DNA from: a virus
Lineage: Duplodnaviria > Caudoviricetes
Virus record (IMG/VR): IMGVR_UViG_3300044641_005618
Reading direction: 5' to 3' (one strand)
Length of the DNA: 64,000 nucleotides
Shown here: positions 1 to 9,730 of the stretch, one piece after another
How the letters are laid out: each line of letters starts with the position of its first letter
Position numbering within the stretch: position 1 is the stretch's first letter
Made by a program: the position numbers and the translations under genes
The notes under the pieces: model-generated
Databases searched by the model: none
What the model was told of the DNA's origin: nothing
Seen by the model: only the letters and a program-made list of their open reading frames with translations

Positions 1-951
1 GAAGGGGGAACGGCATGTTGGGGGAGTGTGAAAGTCGTCCAAAGGTTGAGACATGTACCTCATTTTTTCATAACCAGGGTCTTCACCCTTACTTCTTTTC
101 AGCTTTTGCAGCTGCTTAACAAATAAAGAAGGTGTCATGTCGTGCAAATTCTCCTTAGGTATACACAAGGCTTTGCCCCCATTCCCAAATACAAGCAGCT
201 TAGTTAAACTTTTGTGGTACGGGTGAGTCAAACTTCCAAGAGTGTTAAGCATGATTATCTCTACAGCATCTCTAATTTGCGCATCGGTCAAGTAAGTGTT
301 GAATCTTGTGTTGGGGTACAAACGCAAGTAGGTCTCTAACTCTTCGGCTGACTTATGAGTGAGCCGCCATTTACCCTCTCTCACCACAAGTACAAGTCGG
401 TGGGATTCTTCTAACAACGGGTGAACCCATGTGGAACCATCTATGTAGGATCCTGAAGGTGGGTGGTTTCTGTCGCCGCTCTCGTGCGCCAGAATTGTAA
501 CAGCTCTTGTGGGGGGTAGGTGGTTCCACGGAGTGTACGCGAGCTCTACCCCCGCCGCACCCGCCGCGCCACCGGCTCCACCAGCGCCACCGGACCCCTG
601 CACAAGACTCCCCAAGGGTGAGACACAAGTTTGGTCAAGCAAGGGCACCCAGTTTGAGCTACTCGCGGTCTCCATCCAAATATACCTCCTACCCTCGGCT
701 GGACAGTGGTGTATTTGCCCTTTCGATGGGTTTGGTGGGAAAGTTAGGGTTTTATCAAAAAATGTTATGGGATTGTCTTTTCCGTAATTTTCAAGATCGG
801 CGATAGACGTGGTAGGGTTATTCACCCACTCAAGAAAGTCGTCACAGCTTTCTAGAAACTCGGTGGAGTTAGACGAGTCTGCGCAAATTGGTCGCTTCCC
901 TTCGGAACCAAACCCCAACCACTTTAGTAGCTTTTCTAAGTAGTGTCCCAC
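1..951 (-). CDS. Partial hypothetical protein running off the window start; Gly/Ala linker and FPxNPxxGQ...YxW motif
   Basis: Hand translation: open minus frame from GTG at 951 to position 1 with no stop. Absent from the ORF track because it has no stop codon. Confidence 0.7.
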   Translation of the reverse strand, partial: MGHYLEKLLKWLGFGSEGKRPICADSSNSTEFLESCDDFLEWVNNPTTSIADLENYGKDNPITFFDKTLTFPPNPSKGQIHHCPAEGRRYIWMETASSSNWVPLLDQTCVSPLGSLVQGSGGAGGAGGAAGAAGVELAYTPWNHLPPTRAVTILAHESGDRNHPPSGSYIDGSTWVHPLLEESHRLVLVVREGKWRLTHKSAEELETYLRLYPNTRFNTYLTDAQIRDAVEIIMLNTLGSLTHPYHKSLTKLLVFGNGGKALCIPKENLHDMTPSLFVKQLQKLKRSKGEDPGYEKMRYMSQPLDDFHTPPTCRSPF

Positions 952-968
952 AATTAAGCTCTTGTTAG

Positions 969-1178
969 TTATAGAGAACGAAGCATGCGAATTGCATCAC
1001 CTTGGGAGAAGTACTCTTGTGAGTACAAACAGTCCACAGACGACGGGATGAATCTTCCGTTCTTGTCAAACGGGATCGGCCACCAGTACATGCCTACTTT
1101 TGTTCTGCATGGGTATATGTCTGCGGATTGAACTCGTGGCTTTTTGATCTTGATGGGTGTTTTCATAGTTAGTCTCAA
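969..1178 (-). CDS. Small hypothetical protein
   Basis: ATGA overlap with the polymerase stop; same strand as neighbours. Confidence 0.6.
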   Translation of the reverse strand: MRLTMKTPIKIKKPRVQSADIYPCRTKVGMYWWPIPFDKNGRFIPSSVDCLYSQEYFSQGDAIRMLRSL

Positions 1179-4105
1179 ATCAATCCTTTTTGAATAGCTT
1201 CGTATCGTGTCTTTAGCTTGTCTACAGCCCCAATCTCACCGAGTTCGGTCATCGAGTACTCAACTCCGTTAGGTTCTTTCGCACCGTGGGGGTTTGAAGG
1301 TGTTACCGTGCACTCTTTTGGGGACTTACGAATCCGAGAGTCAATTGCTACTGAGGAGAAGAACGCACGACTCAGTGGAAGCTCCGGTATATCCATTGCG
1401 CTATGGAAATTCGCCCAGGTATAAAGATGGGCAATTTGAAACAAAACGGCAAACTGTGTAGCGTACCGATCGGGAGTCATGAAGTGAAGTTCGTCATGAA
1501 TGCTGATAATGAAGCGGTAGGGAATTTTGTACTCTTCCGCTAGCCACGCGACAGCCGTGAGCGTTATGGATAGAATTTCGGCACCCGATGCCTGGATGGC
1601 CCAGTTTGTGCGTCCTGTCCTAAAGTCGGTCCCAACTGCCGCAGGTCGCATTGCAGTCGAAATTTTGGTACCAAGGCAAGGCAGCTGAGGAACCTTTGTC
1701 TTCATGGAGATTCGCTCCATCAAGTTGAATGCGCCGGAGTCAGAACCACCTTCATACACTCCGTTCACAAGAACACCTTTTTTCGAGGACAGTGCTTTCA
1801 GTGCGAAATCCTTAACTTCTCTCTCTCCTTTCTCAGGAAAAGTTCGTCGAATTGGAGTGCTCAATGCTCTTACGCTCCCCCCGTACAAGGTTGCAAAACC
1901 GACAATCTTACTCAGGTCTCTGGCTTTCGCCAGGAGTTTGTACAACTGGGGTTCAATTGGGCTTAACCATTTTTCTCCAGCCTTTACACAATTTGGTACA
2001 TTCAACGGTTCACTCTCATGACTGTAACAAATTCCTAGCTTCCTGTCCCACACAAGCCCCTTATACATCTCAGGGAGAATGGCCCGAGCAAGAGCGGTGT
2101 GGGGGTCAGTGCCGTTTTCCTTGGATCCTGACAGGACATTGTAGCCCATCGGCGAGCATCCGACAAAGCCACCCTCCCAAGTATCGCTGTATATGGATGC
2201 GATCTGAAGCTCTTGACCATCGTAGTCGGCGCTTACAATTTTCCAGCCTTCGGGGGCCTGCACTCGTGTTTTCAGCTCCGTGCCAATTCTCCAGTTTTTC
2301 GTGGAGCACATGGTTGCCATCAAGCTTTCAACGGTTCTTCGAGTTACCGTCCCGTGGCAGAGAATCTCGGGAAGAGTCACGAGAGCGGACGAACCATGCG
2401 GGTTTTCAGCGCGGAGGAAGATCCGGTCCATCACCCGCTTACGAACAGAAGTCCAGTAAGAAATAGCGTTTGAAATCTCCAGAGCTCTCTTAGCTTCAGG
2501 GAGATCGCTACTTAGCCTCCCGGTTTCCATATCTTGGACAAAGTCCTTGCTGAGTAACACTCCGGTATTATCCCCGGTCCCTTTAGGGTGGGGAACTTTT
2601 ACAAGGCTACCTGTTTCATCGTAGTAGCACCAACCCTCTGTTTTGGTTTGAACAATGTGTGATCCCTCGTACTTGAGCTTCAACAGCAAGTGAGCCAATT
2701 GAGACTTCACTCCGATGTGCTGTTGCGGATCTTTCACAAAGGGTTGCACCCAAGTAGGGACCCACGCGTACTTTCCTTTTCTACTCCAAAGCTCCCAATT
2801 AAGCTGAGACACCCAAGGGTCTTGCTCTGCCCACTCCTGCGCCTTCGTGATGCCCTCCTCCGGGTCCTCCACGCTATTAAGGACAGTCTTCCACTCGTTG
2901 TACGTTTTCCACACAAGTTCTCTGCACAGCTCGGTCATTTCCTGGCTGTGCTCATGGAACACTCTTTCTGTGTTCTGAATCCACTCAGCCCAGTTTTCTA
3001 CCAGTGGTACGACCGAGCCGTTTAAGTGGTAGTGGCCGCAAAGGCCCACCATTGAGGGAGTGCTATCGAGATACTTCGGCCACAAAGCCTGAAAAAGCTC
3101 TGCCGTGTAAAATGCGTCCCTTACCGCGTACTCTACGGCCTTCTCAAGAACTGCTGTGATTTGCGAGATGTGCGTAGCGTCTACGAAAATGTCTCGTATC
3201 TTCTTGTCCCCTTGGTTAAGCGGGCGGACAGTCTCATCGCCGAAATACTTTCGAACCTCATAAACGTGAAAGTTGTAACACTGGACCAAGCTGTTTGTTG
3301 AGCCCTCATCTAGCCACTTTGGTGCGTACCTGAGCTTTCTCTTTTCCTCTTCAGTCAGGTTTTCTGGGTCTTTTGCCGCAAGAAGGTACAACCACCGTTG
3401 TCCTGATGCCAAACCCGACACTCCGATATGCGCGGAGAGGGTGTCAAAGTAAAAGTTTTCAGGCTTGTTACGGCTAAGTGAGTATCCTTCTCGTGTTCTC
3501 ACACGATCGTAGCTAATGTTGTGGCCCGCTACAAACCGGTTCTCCCCAATGGGAATAAGGTCGTGTTGGTCCCACTCTTCCTCGGGTAGGGTTGGGTCAA
3601 TAAGCTCTGCCGCGAGCCAAATGTAGGTTGCTTTTTCGCTTAGTGCTGTCCCAATAATTGGAAATGCACCCGCTTTTACAAAGGTTTCAGTGTCGTACGT
3701 GAAAGCCTCTTCGAGAGGGAAGGGTACGGACTCGACAATAAACTTCCCGTCCACAAACTCATAGCGTGTCCATCCCGCCTGATATACGAAATCGGAAACT
3801 GCAGGGAGTTTTGGGAGTTTGCACCCCGCTAGAGAATTCGCAAGGGTTTTGTACACCCCTACCTGCTCTGTTGCTATGTTTTCAAAGTGCTCCTGTAAAT
3901 TGCTACCCCTTAAGCTTGGAAGGGGCAAGGGACCATCGTACAGGTTGTCTGGGTGATCAACAGGGACAGATATACCAAATTGCTTTAAGAGTCGTTCGGC
4001 CTTTTGACGTGCCTTAACTCCCATTGAAGCTGCCTTTTGTCTGCCGAAAACCTTATTGTGCAGTGGAGTAGACAGGACAGGGTAGCCGAGTTCGCTGGTT
4101 CTCAT
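1175..4105 (-). CDS. Family A DNA polymerase with 3'-5' exonuclease, Pol-gamma (POLG/Mip1)-like
   Basis: Exo DTETF, GHNISYDR, FDTLSAH; motif A ADYDGQELQIAS; motif B ARDLSKIVGFATLYG; motif C ISIHDE; POLG-type segments KVPHPKG..NTG..LSKDF and GTVTRRTVE..RIGTELK..VQAPEG. Confidence 0.95.
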   Translation of the reverse strand: MRTSELGYPVLSTPLHNKVFGRQKAASMGVKARQKAERLLKQFGISVPVDHPDNLYDGPLPLPSLRGSNLQEHFENIATEQVGVYKTLANSLAGCKLPKLPAVSDFVYQAGWTRYEFVDGKFIVESVPFPLEEAFTYDTETFVKAGAFPIIGTALSEKATYIWLAAELIDPTLPEEEWDQHDLIPIGENRFVAGHNISYDRVRTREGYSLSRNKPENFYFDTLSAHIGVSGLASGQRWLYLLAAKDPENLTEEEKRKLRYAPKWLDEGSTNSLVQCYNFHVYEVRKYFGDETVRPLNQGDKKIRDIFVDATHISQITAVLEKAVEYAVRDAFYTAELFQALWPKYLDSTPSMVGLCGHYHLNGSVVPLVENWAEWIQNTERVFHEHSQEMTELCRELVWKTYNEWKTVLNSVEDPEEGITKAQEWAEQDPWVSQLNWELWSRKGKYAWVPTWVQPFVKDPQQHIGVKSQLAHLLLKLKYEGSHIVQTKTEGWCYYDETGSLVKVPHPKGTGDNTGVLLSKDFVQDMETGRLSSDLPEAKRALEISNAISYWTSVRKRVMDRIFLRAENPHGSSALVTLPEILCHGTVTRRTVESLMATMCSTKNWRIGTELKTRVQAPEGWKIVSADYDGQELQIASIYSDTWEGGFVGCSPMGYNVLSGSKENGTDPHTALARAILPEMYKGLVWDRKLGICYSHESEPLNVPNCVKAGEKWLSPIEPQLYKLLAKARDLSKIVGFATLYGGSVRALSTPIRRTFPEKGEREVKDFALKALSSKKGVLVNGVYEGGSDSGAFNLMERISMKTKVPQLPCLGTKISTAMRPAAVGTDFRTGRTNWAIQASGAEILSITLTAVAWLAEEYKIPYRFIISIHDELHFMTPDRYATQFAVLFQIAHLYTWANFHSAMDIPELPLSRAFFSSVAIDSRIRKSPKECTVTPSNPHGAKEPNGVEYSMTELGEIGAVDKLKTRYEAIQKGLI

Positions 4106-4159
4106 GTCGTTGAATTGTTATGGTTTAGTTTATCCTAGGGGGTTGTCGTAGCGGAAGCT

Positions 4160-5026
4160 TTAAGGCTTCCTGTAAACAGGTCGTGCCAGAATGACTGGGG
4201 GCTTCACTTCTTCCTCGGGGGCTCCGGAGTCGAATTTGTGCATTTTTAGGTCGAAAGCTCGAACACCGCTGCTTGTGTAAACAGCGTCTTTGTGAAGCTT
4301 GTAGGTTTCGTAGGCGTCGAAAATCGGTGAGAAGTGTAGGGGTCGCTCACCCGGTTCGTCACGCCACATTAGAATCTCAACAAGAGAGAGCGGGACGTCT
4401 GTGTCCCATTGTTCGTCTCGTTGCCCGTAAAGCAAAGGAAGAGCGTCGTTCCTCCACCAGTCTGTAACTTGGTCTATGTATTGCTCCCATGCGTCGGGAT
4501 CTGTGACGTGAGTTTTACAGTCTTCTCTCAAGTACGCGACGTACTGCCTCCCCCGGTCAATTACAACTTGTGCGGACTCTGGGAGAGTTTCCAGCAAGTA
4601 CGCGGGGTCGTCGAACGACGCAACTCTTTCTATCACAGCCGGAAAGAGGAAGGCGTAGCTCATTAGTCTGAAGTCGTCTGCTCCTTCGCAGATATGCCTC
4701 AGAAGGCACTCGATAACGGCAAGTGTTGACGCTATTCCGAGCTCTGTCTCGTCCTCCAAAGGAGATTCAGGGGGGAGTGACTCTTTCACTTGTTTTCGAA
4801 GCTTGGTAAGTTCAAGCTCAAGACGCCTCACCTCGCGACCCATTTCCCGTTCTAGCTTAGCCTTGTATATCTCAGTTTGTGTTAAAAGCTTGTCAAACTT
4901 TGTATCAATTTTTTCTACTTCCGAACTGAGTTGTTCGATGCTGATCTTGAAATTTGATATTTTTTTCTTAAGTGAAGAAACCGAAGACCTCATGCTATCG
5001 GTTGCAAACACTATGTTATCCATCAT
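4160..5026 (-). CDS. Hypothetical protein with N-terminal coiled coil
   Basis: 288-aa ORF with heptad-like K/E/L-rich N-terminus. Confidence 0.75.
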   Translation of the reverse strand: MMDNIVFATDSMRSSVSSLKKKISNFKISIEQLSSEVEKIDTKFDKLLTQTEIYKAKLEREMGREVRRLELELTKLRKQVKESLPPESPLEDETELGIASTLAVIECLLRHICEGADDFRLMSYAFLFPAVIERVASFDDPAYLLETLPESAQVVIDRGRQYVAYLREDCKTHVTDPDAWEQYIDQVTDWWRNDALPLLYGQRDEQWDTDVPLSLVEILMWRDEPGERPLHFSPIFDAYETYKLHKDAVYTSSGVRAFDLKMHKFDSGAPEEEVKPPVILARPVYRKP

Positions 5027-5038
5027 GGGTGTTTCGCT

Positions 5039-5596
5039 TTAAATGGGTTTGATTTTGGCTTCTAAGTGGTCAGACTCAGGGTCTACTGAGGTTATTGTAA
5101 AGGAAAACTTTTTGTCGGGGTCCGATCGAAGGTGAAAACTACCGGAGAATCCTTCCCCGTCTTTTGAGCTTAAGAAGCTGTTTCCCGGTGTTGGGGGGTG
5201 CTCGAACGAAATATCGTCTTTGAGCTCCGGGTGGGAGTCTTCGATTGCTGAGATGAGCCGGTTGTTCACTGCAGATGCTGTCGCCAACTCAAACTCGGTG
5301 GAAATTTGAGGGTGAAAGCCGTCTTCTGTAACTTCGAGTTTGAACGACGCACCCGTGTCAAAGTAGATATGGTAAACAAGCCCGTCCTCCTCAACTTCAA
5401 AGCACGCCTCTTCTGCGGAAAACTCACATTCTTCGTCAGGAGACCCGTTAATTTCTACTTCCAGGAGTTCGTAAAAAACGTCTCTCAGTACCTCTGCATC
5501 TAGAACTCCTCCCAAATGATTTGAGATGGCTAGGAAAATTCGGGGGTTTGAAAGTAACCTGGAAACCGGATAGACTACAGTCATGGTTCTGTTCAA
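5039..5596 (-). CDS. Hypothetical acidic protein
   Basis: 185-aa ORF in the operon between topoisomerase and polymerase. Confidence 0.7.
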   Translation of the reverse strand: MNRTMTVVYPVSRLLSNPRIFLAISNHLGGVLDAEVLRDVFYELLEVEINGSPDEECEFSAEEACFEVEEDGLVYHIYFDTGASFKLEVTEDGFHPQISTEFELATASAVNNRLISAIEDSHPELKDDISFEHPPTPGNSFLSSKDGEGFSGSFHLRSDPDKKFSFTITSVDPESDHLEAKIKPI

Positions 5597-5674
5597 CTAT
5601 TAAGAGTTTAGCCGGGCAATGTCCAACGTAAAGTCCCGTACCCAATTTTACCCGGTTTCACTCCGTTTTTCGTC

Positions 5675-7696
5675 CTAAGGTAGTTTCACCTCATCTATAT
5701 TTGCGACTTTAATTCCTTTGCCCCCCGGCTTCCCGAGCTTTACTGACAGGTCGAGTTTCGTTGCCTTCTTTCGAGTGGAAACCCAGTCCAGGGTGAAACT
5801 CCCCTCCCCAAAGTGCCTGAGTGTGGCGCCTTCGGGCAGCCACCTTTTGCCCTTGCTCGTTACCTTGCAAAGGTCTTCTCCGCTCAGGGTCAGTGCTTTG
5901 AGCTGCCCGTCGAGTTCGAGCACAACTAGGTACTTTTTCAAGGAAACCTCAGACTCCTTCTTCGCCAAGCAAACAGCGGAGTACGCTGTTGAGATAACTC
6001 CCTTGAAGGTTGCTGACACCTTTTTCAGTGTCCCGTCCTCAGTCATAAGAATAACCTTGTCTTTGGGGTCTACGACAAGAGCTCCACGTGGCCCTTTCAC
6101 CTGCTCAACAGTGCCCTTCTTCGAGTCAATCTTCAGGAACCGTGGCTTTGGAGCGGCTGCAGGACGCTTCACGCTTTCCCCAGGAGCACGGGTCACACCG
6201 CCAGTTGGGGGGTCTATGAGGGGGCTTCGGCGAGCCTCTCCGTGGCGTTTTCCTATCTCGGTCAGCTCATTGAGCATATACACTTGTCTCGCGGTAGTCC
6301 CTCTGGTTTCGTCGCTGGACAGCTCTACCAGCTCTTGAATCCGACCTTGAAGGTAGTTATCCTCATCAATAAGGTCGTTTTGGTCAAGGTTCGTAAGCTG
6401 ACGCAAGCGCATATCCAGAATGGCCTCAGCTTGCTTATCTGAGAACTTCAGCGGTGCGGTCGTTAGAGCAACTTTCGCCTCAGATTTATCCTTTGCCGCA
6501 CGAATACGCTTAATAATCAAGTCCATCTTGTCAATGGCTTTGAGCAACCCCTGAACAATTTCCAGGCGATCCTCTCGATGAGTGAGCTCATTCTCGAATT
6601 TAACTTGTAATCTACCCAACCTCCATGTCACCCATTTCTCTACAATTTCCACCGGGGAGAGCTCTATGGGCTTCGTGCCATCGATAACTAAGGTTCTCGC
6701 TGAGAACTTGGAGTCAAGGTCGGTGTAGGCATAAAGTTGATCTCTTAGCTTTTCCGGGCTCACACCGGGCTTGGCCACAATTTGAACGCAGTCCCCCGTA
6801 AGATCGGACAGGTCGTTGACCTCAGCGACACCCTCAACCCTCCCTCGCTCAACCTCATTTTTCACTTGCTCACCGATTTTCTCAGGATTGGTTCCTGGCG
6901 GTAAGTTCGTGAAGGTTAAGGACGGACGGTCCTTTGCCTTTCCACTACGGGTCTGGGTACCAATCTCAACCTTCGCCATGCAGCGAATGCTGCCAATGCC
7001 TGTTAGTGAGTATTGCTCCAACTGATCGTCTTTTACAATCAGGGTCCCAGTTGGAAAGTCAGGGAAGAGAACCTCTCGTGCTTTTCGTAGGTTTTCTGCG
7101 CGTGCTTCAAACGTTATCGCTTCCTTGCAAACCAGCTTGGTTGCTTCAACAATCGAACGGAGACTGTGAGAGGCGATTTTACAGGCGTATCCCACGCCAA
7201 TGCCCTCTTGACCATTGAGCAAAACGTAGGGAATCTTTGCGTTTAACTCGATTGGCTCCTGCAGCGTACCGTCGTAGTTTGGCATCGTCTCCCAGGTTTC
7301 TGAGTCGTCGAGGAGGCAGTCCCAGGCGAAAGGGGAGAGCTTGCACTCAGTGTACCTTGACGACGCCGCAGAGTCTGTCGAAGACCCCCAATTCCCGTGC
7401 CCGTCTACGAGCGGGGCCATATTATTCCACGGGGCAGCCAAAGTGACAATAGAGCTGTAGCTTCCGCCGTGGGGGCTCAATTTACCCATAACCTCCCCCT
7501 CTACCCTGGCGCTTTTCATGTAGCGACCGTCTGGCTTCAAGTTGAGCCACTTCATAGCTGTTACAATGCGCCGAGAGATACTCTTGCACCCGTCCGTGTA
7601 CCGAGGGAAGGCTCGCCCCACGATTACACTGAGCGAGTAGGCAAGGTAGTCGTCTTGAATTTGCTGGACTAGGTTTACATTGACAGTGTTTGTCAT
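5675..7696 (-). CDS. gyrA: Type IIA topoisomerase subunit A (GyrA/ParC family), short C-terminal domain
   Basis: DGCKSISRRI, KSARVEGEVMGKLSPHG, DGHGNWGS, catalytic SRYTECKL, NGQEGIGVG, FPDFPTG, QAEAILDMRLRQL. Confidence 0.93.
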   Translation of the reverse strand: MTNTVNVNLVQQIQDDYLAYSLSVIVGRAFPRYTDGCKSISRRIVTAMKWLNLKPDGRYMKSARVEGEVMGKLSPHGGSYSSIVTLAAPWNNMAPLVDGHGNWGSSTDSAASSRYTECKLSPFAWDCLLDDSETWETMPNYDGTLQEPIELNAKIPYVLLNGQEGIGVGYACKIASHSLRSIVEATKLVCKEAITFEARAENLRKAREVLFPDFPTGTLIVKDDQLEQYSLTGIGSIRCMAKVEIGTQTRSGKAKDRPSLTFTNLPPGTNPEKIGEQVKNEVERGRVEGVAEVNDLSDLTGDCVQIVAKPGVSPEKLRDQLYAYTDLDSKFSARTLVIDGTKPIELSPVEIVEKWVTWRLGRLQVKFENELTHREDRLEIVQGLLKAIDKMDLIIKRIRAAKDKSEAKVALTTAPLKFSDKQAEAILDMRLRQLTNLDQNDLIDEDNYLQGRIQELVELSSDETRGTTARQVYMLNELTEIGKRHGEARRSPLIDPPTGGVTRAPGESVKRPAAAPKPRFLKIDSKKGTVEQVKGPRGALVVDPKDKVILMTEDGTLKKVSATFKGVISTAYSAVCLAKKESEVSLKKYLVVLELDGQLKALTLSGEDLCKVTSKGKRWLPEGATLRHFGEGSFTLDWVSTRKKATKLDLSVKLGKPGGKGIKVANIDEVKLP

Positions 7697-7742
7697 TTCA
7701 AGGGTAATTGCTGAGCTAATTTGGTTGTTAAAGAAGGGTGTA

Positions 7743-8248
7743 TTAATTATTGTCGTTCAAATCCCACAAGCCATTGCTCTGCAGCCAGTGATCGGCAAGA
7801 GTCTGGGAGGTCCAACCCCATGAGTCCTTGCTGTTAAACTTTTCCAGCATCTCTCTCAGAACTTGGTCCTCTTTGTACAAGTGGGATAGACCAAGCTCGC
7901 GAAGTGTCTCAATAACTTTTCTAGCAGCGTCACCGACCCTGCGAGGAGTCACAAGCATGGGCGAAGTTTCTGCTTACTGAGGTGAGTGTGCCCCACTGCA
8001 AGAACCCTCTGTGCTACCTCTCGTGTAACATTGTACTTGCATCCACTAGGGGATCTGTCAACAAGGTACTGTTTTTTCTGCTCCAGCGACAAAAGGTCAA
8101 ACAATTTGTCTTCGTCTACCCACATACCATAGTTGTAGTTTCTATCGAGAAAGACACGAACTCGGTTTCGGTAAAATCGTGCGGGATCAATACTTTTGTT
8201 CTCCGTTACAAGTAGCTCAATCATGCTTTCTTCCTCTTTTAAGGTCAT
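7743..8248 (-). other. Two small hypothetical CDS (7949-8248, 7743-7958)
   Basis: Tightly overlapping minus-strand ORFs. Confidence 0.55.
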
Positions 8249-8501
8249 TGTCGTAGTTTAGTTGAAGGGTGAGCCAAAACTTTTCAGTTGGTTGTCCGAA
8301 CACGTACTCAAGGCGCTCCGCTAGATGAGGGTCGATGCGAAGGTTCCCTTCCTCAAGTTCAAGAACTTCGGGTACGGTTAACCCTGTTTCTCCCGCAAAG
8401 TCGTGAAGAGAAATTCTACGCTCCAGACGTAACTCCCTTACGATAGACCCTGGAGGTGAAGCCCAGTCTGGGTTGAATGACATTGGTTCTTCGAAGGTCA
8501 C
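8217..8501 (-). CDS. HigA-like XRE helix-turn-helix protein, no adjacent toxin
   Basis: PPGSIVRELRLERRISLHDFAGETG...AERLEYVFGQPTEKFWLTLQLNYD; in-frame GTG 6 nt after the -10 box. Confidence 0.8.
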   Translation of the reverse strand: MTFEEPMSFNPDWASPPGSIVRELRLERRISLHDFAGETGLTVPEVLELEEGNLRIDPHLAERLEYVFGQPTEKFWLTLQLNYDNDLKRGRKHD

Positions 8502-8507
8502 GTAAAT

Positions 8508-8569
8508 ACTATAGCGTTTTCCTTCTGGAAAACAAACGGGGAAACCGCCCAAGGCAAGGGGGCTAACCG
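8508..8569 (-). promoter_or_regulatory. Repeated promoter element (tandem box, -35/-10), leaderless
   Basis: CGGTTAGCC-N13-CGGTTTCCC..TTGTTT..TATAGT-N6-GTG; spacer TTTTCC-AGAA-GGAAAA. Confidence 0.8.
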
Positions 8570-8593
8570 CTCACCGCCCAACGGGGGTCAAGG

Positions 8594-8770
8594 TCAATCG
8601 TCAATTGAGACACCTTCAACAAGCCTGGAAAGGCGTTGAAACCGAGAAGAAGTGAGGGGCACAAGGCCTCCTTCGCACGACACGGACTCCAGTAGAAGAC
8701 GGTCCAGGAAGTTTAACAGAGTCTCGCTGTCGTTGAAGGGGTAGGTATCTGAGTCCGGGTTGTATGACAT
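8594..8770 (-). CDS. Small hypothetical protein (58 aa, starts MSYNPD)
   Basis: Hand translation; below the ORF-track cutoff. Confidence 0.5.
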   Translation of the reverse strand: MSYNPDSDTYPFNDSETLLNFLDRLLLESVSCEGGLVPLTSSRFQRLSRLVEGVSIDD

Positions 8771-8849
8771 TGGTTTTCAGGATTTATGAGCGTATTATAG
8801 CTGTTTTGCCCCAGCAAAGCAAGCCGGGGAACCATCCTAAGGCAACACT

Positions 8850-9035
8850 TTACCTTGTTGCAGTTGAAAGAAAGGGGTGCCCTTCATCAAGCGGTGTGTC
8901 ATCCAAACAGGTAGACACTCCAAAGTGCGACACTCCAAAAAATTCCCCGTCTACCTCCACAGTAGCGTCCTTGTCCAGGTCATCGTTAGAAAAAGTCTGC
9001 AAACTTTCTAAAAGTTCTCGGAAAGTTAGTGTCAC
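8850..9035 (-). CDS. Small acidic hypothetical protein
   Basis: GTGA overlap with upstream ATPase stop. Confidence 0.6.
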   Translation of the reverse strand: MTLTFRELLESLQTFSNDDLDKDATVEVDGEFFGVSHFGVSTCLDDTPLDEGHPFLSTATR

Positions 9036-9601
9036 AGCGAGGGAGCCTCCTTAAAATGTAGCTCACCAAGATAGCTCAAAATCTCTGTGTCCCTGCGTTC
9101 GTCCGGTCCAGATATTGAGATTGGACGGAACCCACTGTACTTGCACAGATAGTCGTAGACAAACTCGTCAACTCTTTTGGCTTGGTCTTCGGTTTCGTAA
9201 CGTCCGCGAGGGTCGAAGGGCTTGATGCGATTTAGGAAGAAATTCTTGTACGTTACACCCCTTTCCTCTGCGTGAGCCATGAAGGATTGAGCGGCGGAAC
9301 TTACGTACGTGTCTTTGCCTTGAGACCGGTAGTCTTGGTAGATTCCTGCCAGAAGTATAGGGCTGTCGGTAACAATGTAGTCAACTTTGCCGTACAGCAT
9401 GCTCTCGTAGGCGCTTTGCTTACCGAGGAGGTAGAGTTGGTCCCACTCACGCACTTTGCGGTCGTTCCACGCCCAGTACTTCACATACTCTCTTACAAGT
9501 TCAACGTGAATGCCGGCCAGCTTCATTCTGGCGAAGAGGAGCGCAGCTGTGGTTGATTTTCCGCAACCGGACCCGCCGAAGAGGTTAATTACTGTTGTCA
9601 T
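9032..9601 (-). CDS. P-loop ATPase/kinase (AAA_28/NadR-kinase-like)
   Basis: Walker A GGSGCGKST; ELVREYVK; IVTDSPILL. Confidence 0.8.
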   Translation of the reverse strand: MTTVINLFGGSGCGKSTTAALLFARMKLAGIHVELVREYVKYWAWNDRKVREWDQLYLLGKQSAYESMLYGKVDYIVTDSPILLAGIYQDYRSQGKDTYVSSAAQSFMAHAEERGVTYKNFFLNRIKPFDPRGRYETEDQAKRVDEFVYDYLCKYSGFRPISISGPDERRDTEILSYLGELHFKEAPSL

Positions 9602-9730
9602 TTTGCTTTAATGGTGGTTTTGATTTAAGGCTTATAGGTAGAAAGAAGGGGGGGGGCCACAAACTTAGTATAGCGGTGTAGCTGCCTTGTAACTAACACC
9701 CGTACAGCGTCCCTTGTGAGCAGGGTTCCA

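Noticed and set aside
1900-2150. Insertion between polymerase motifs A and B as an intein
   Set aside because: Only about 50 aa, with no C/S start plus HN-C/S/T end signature
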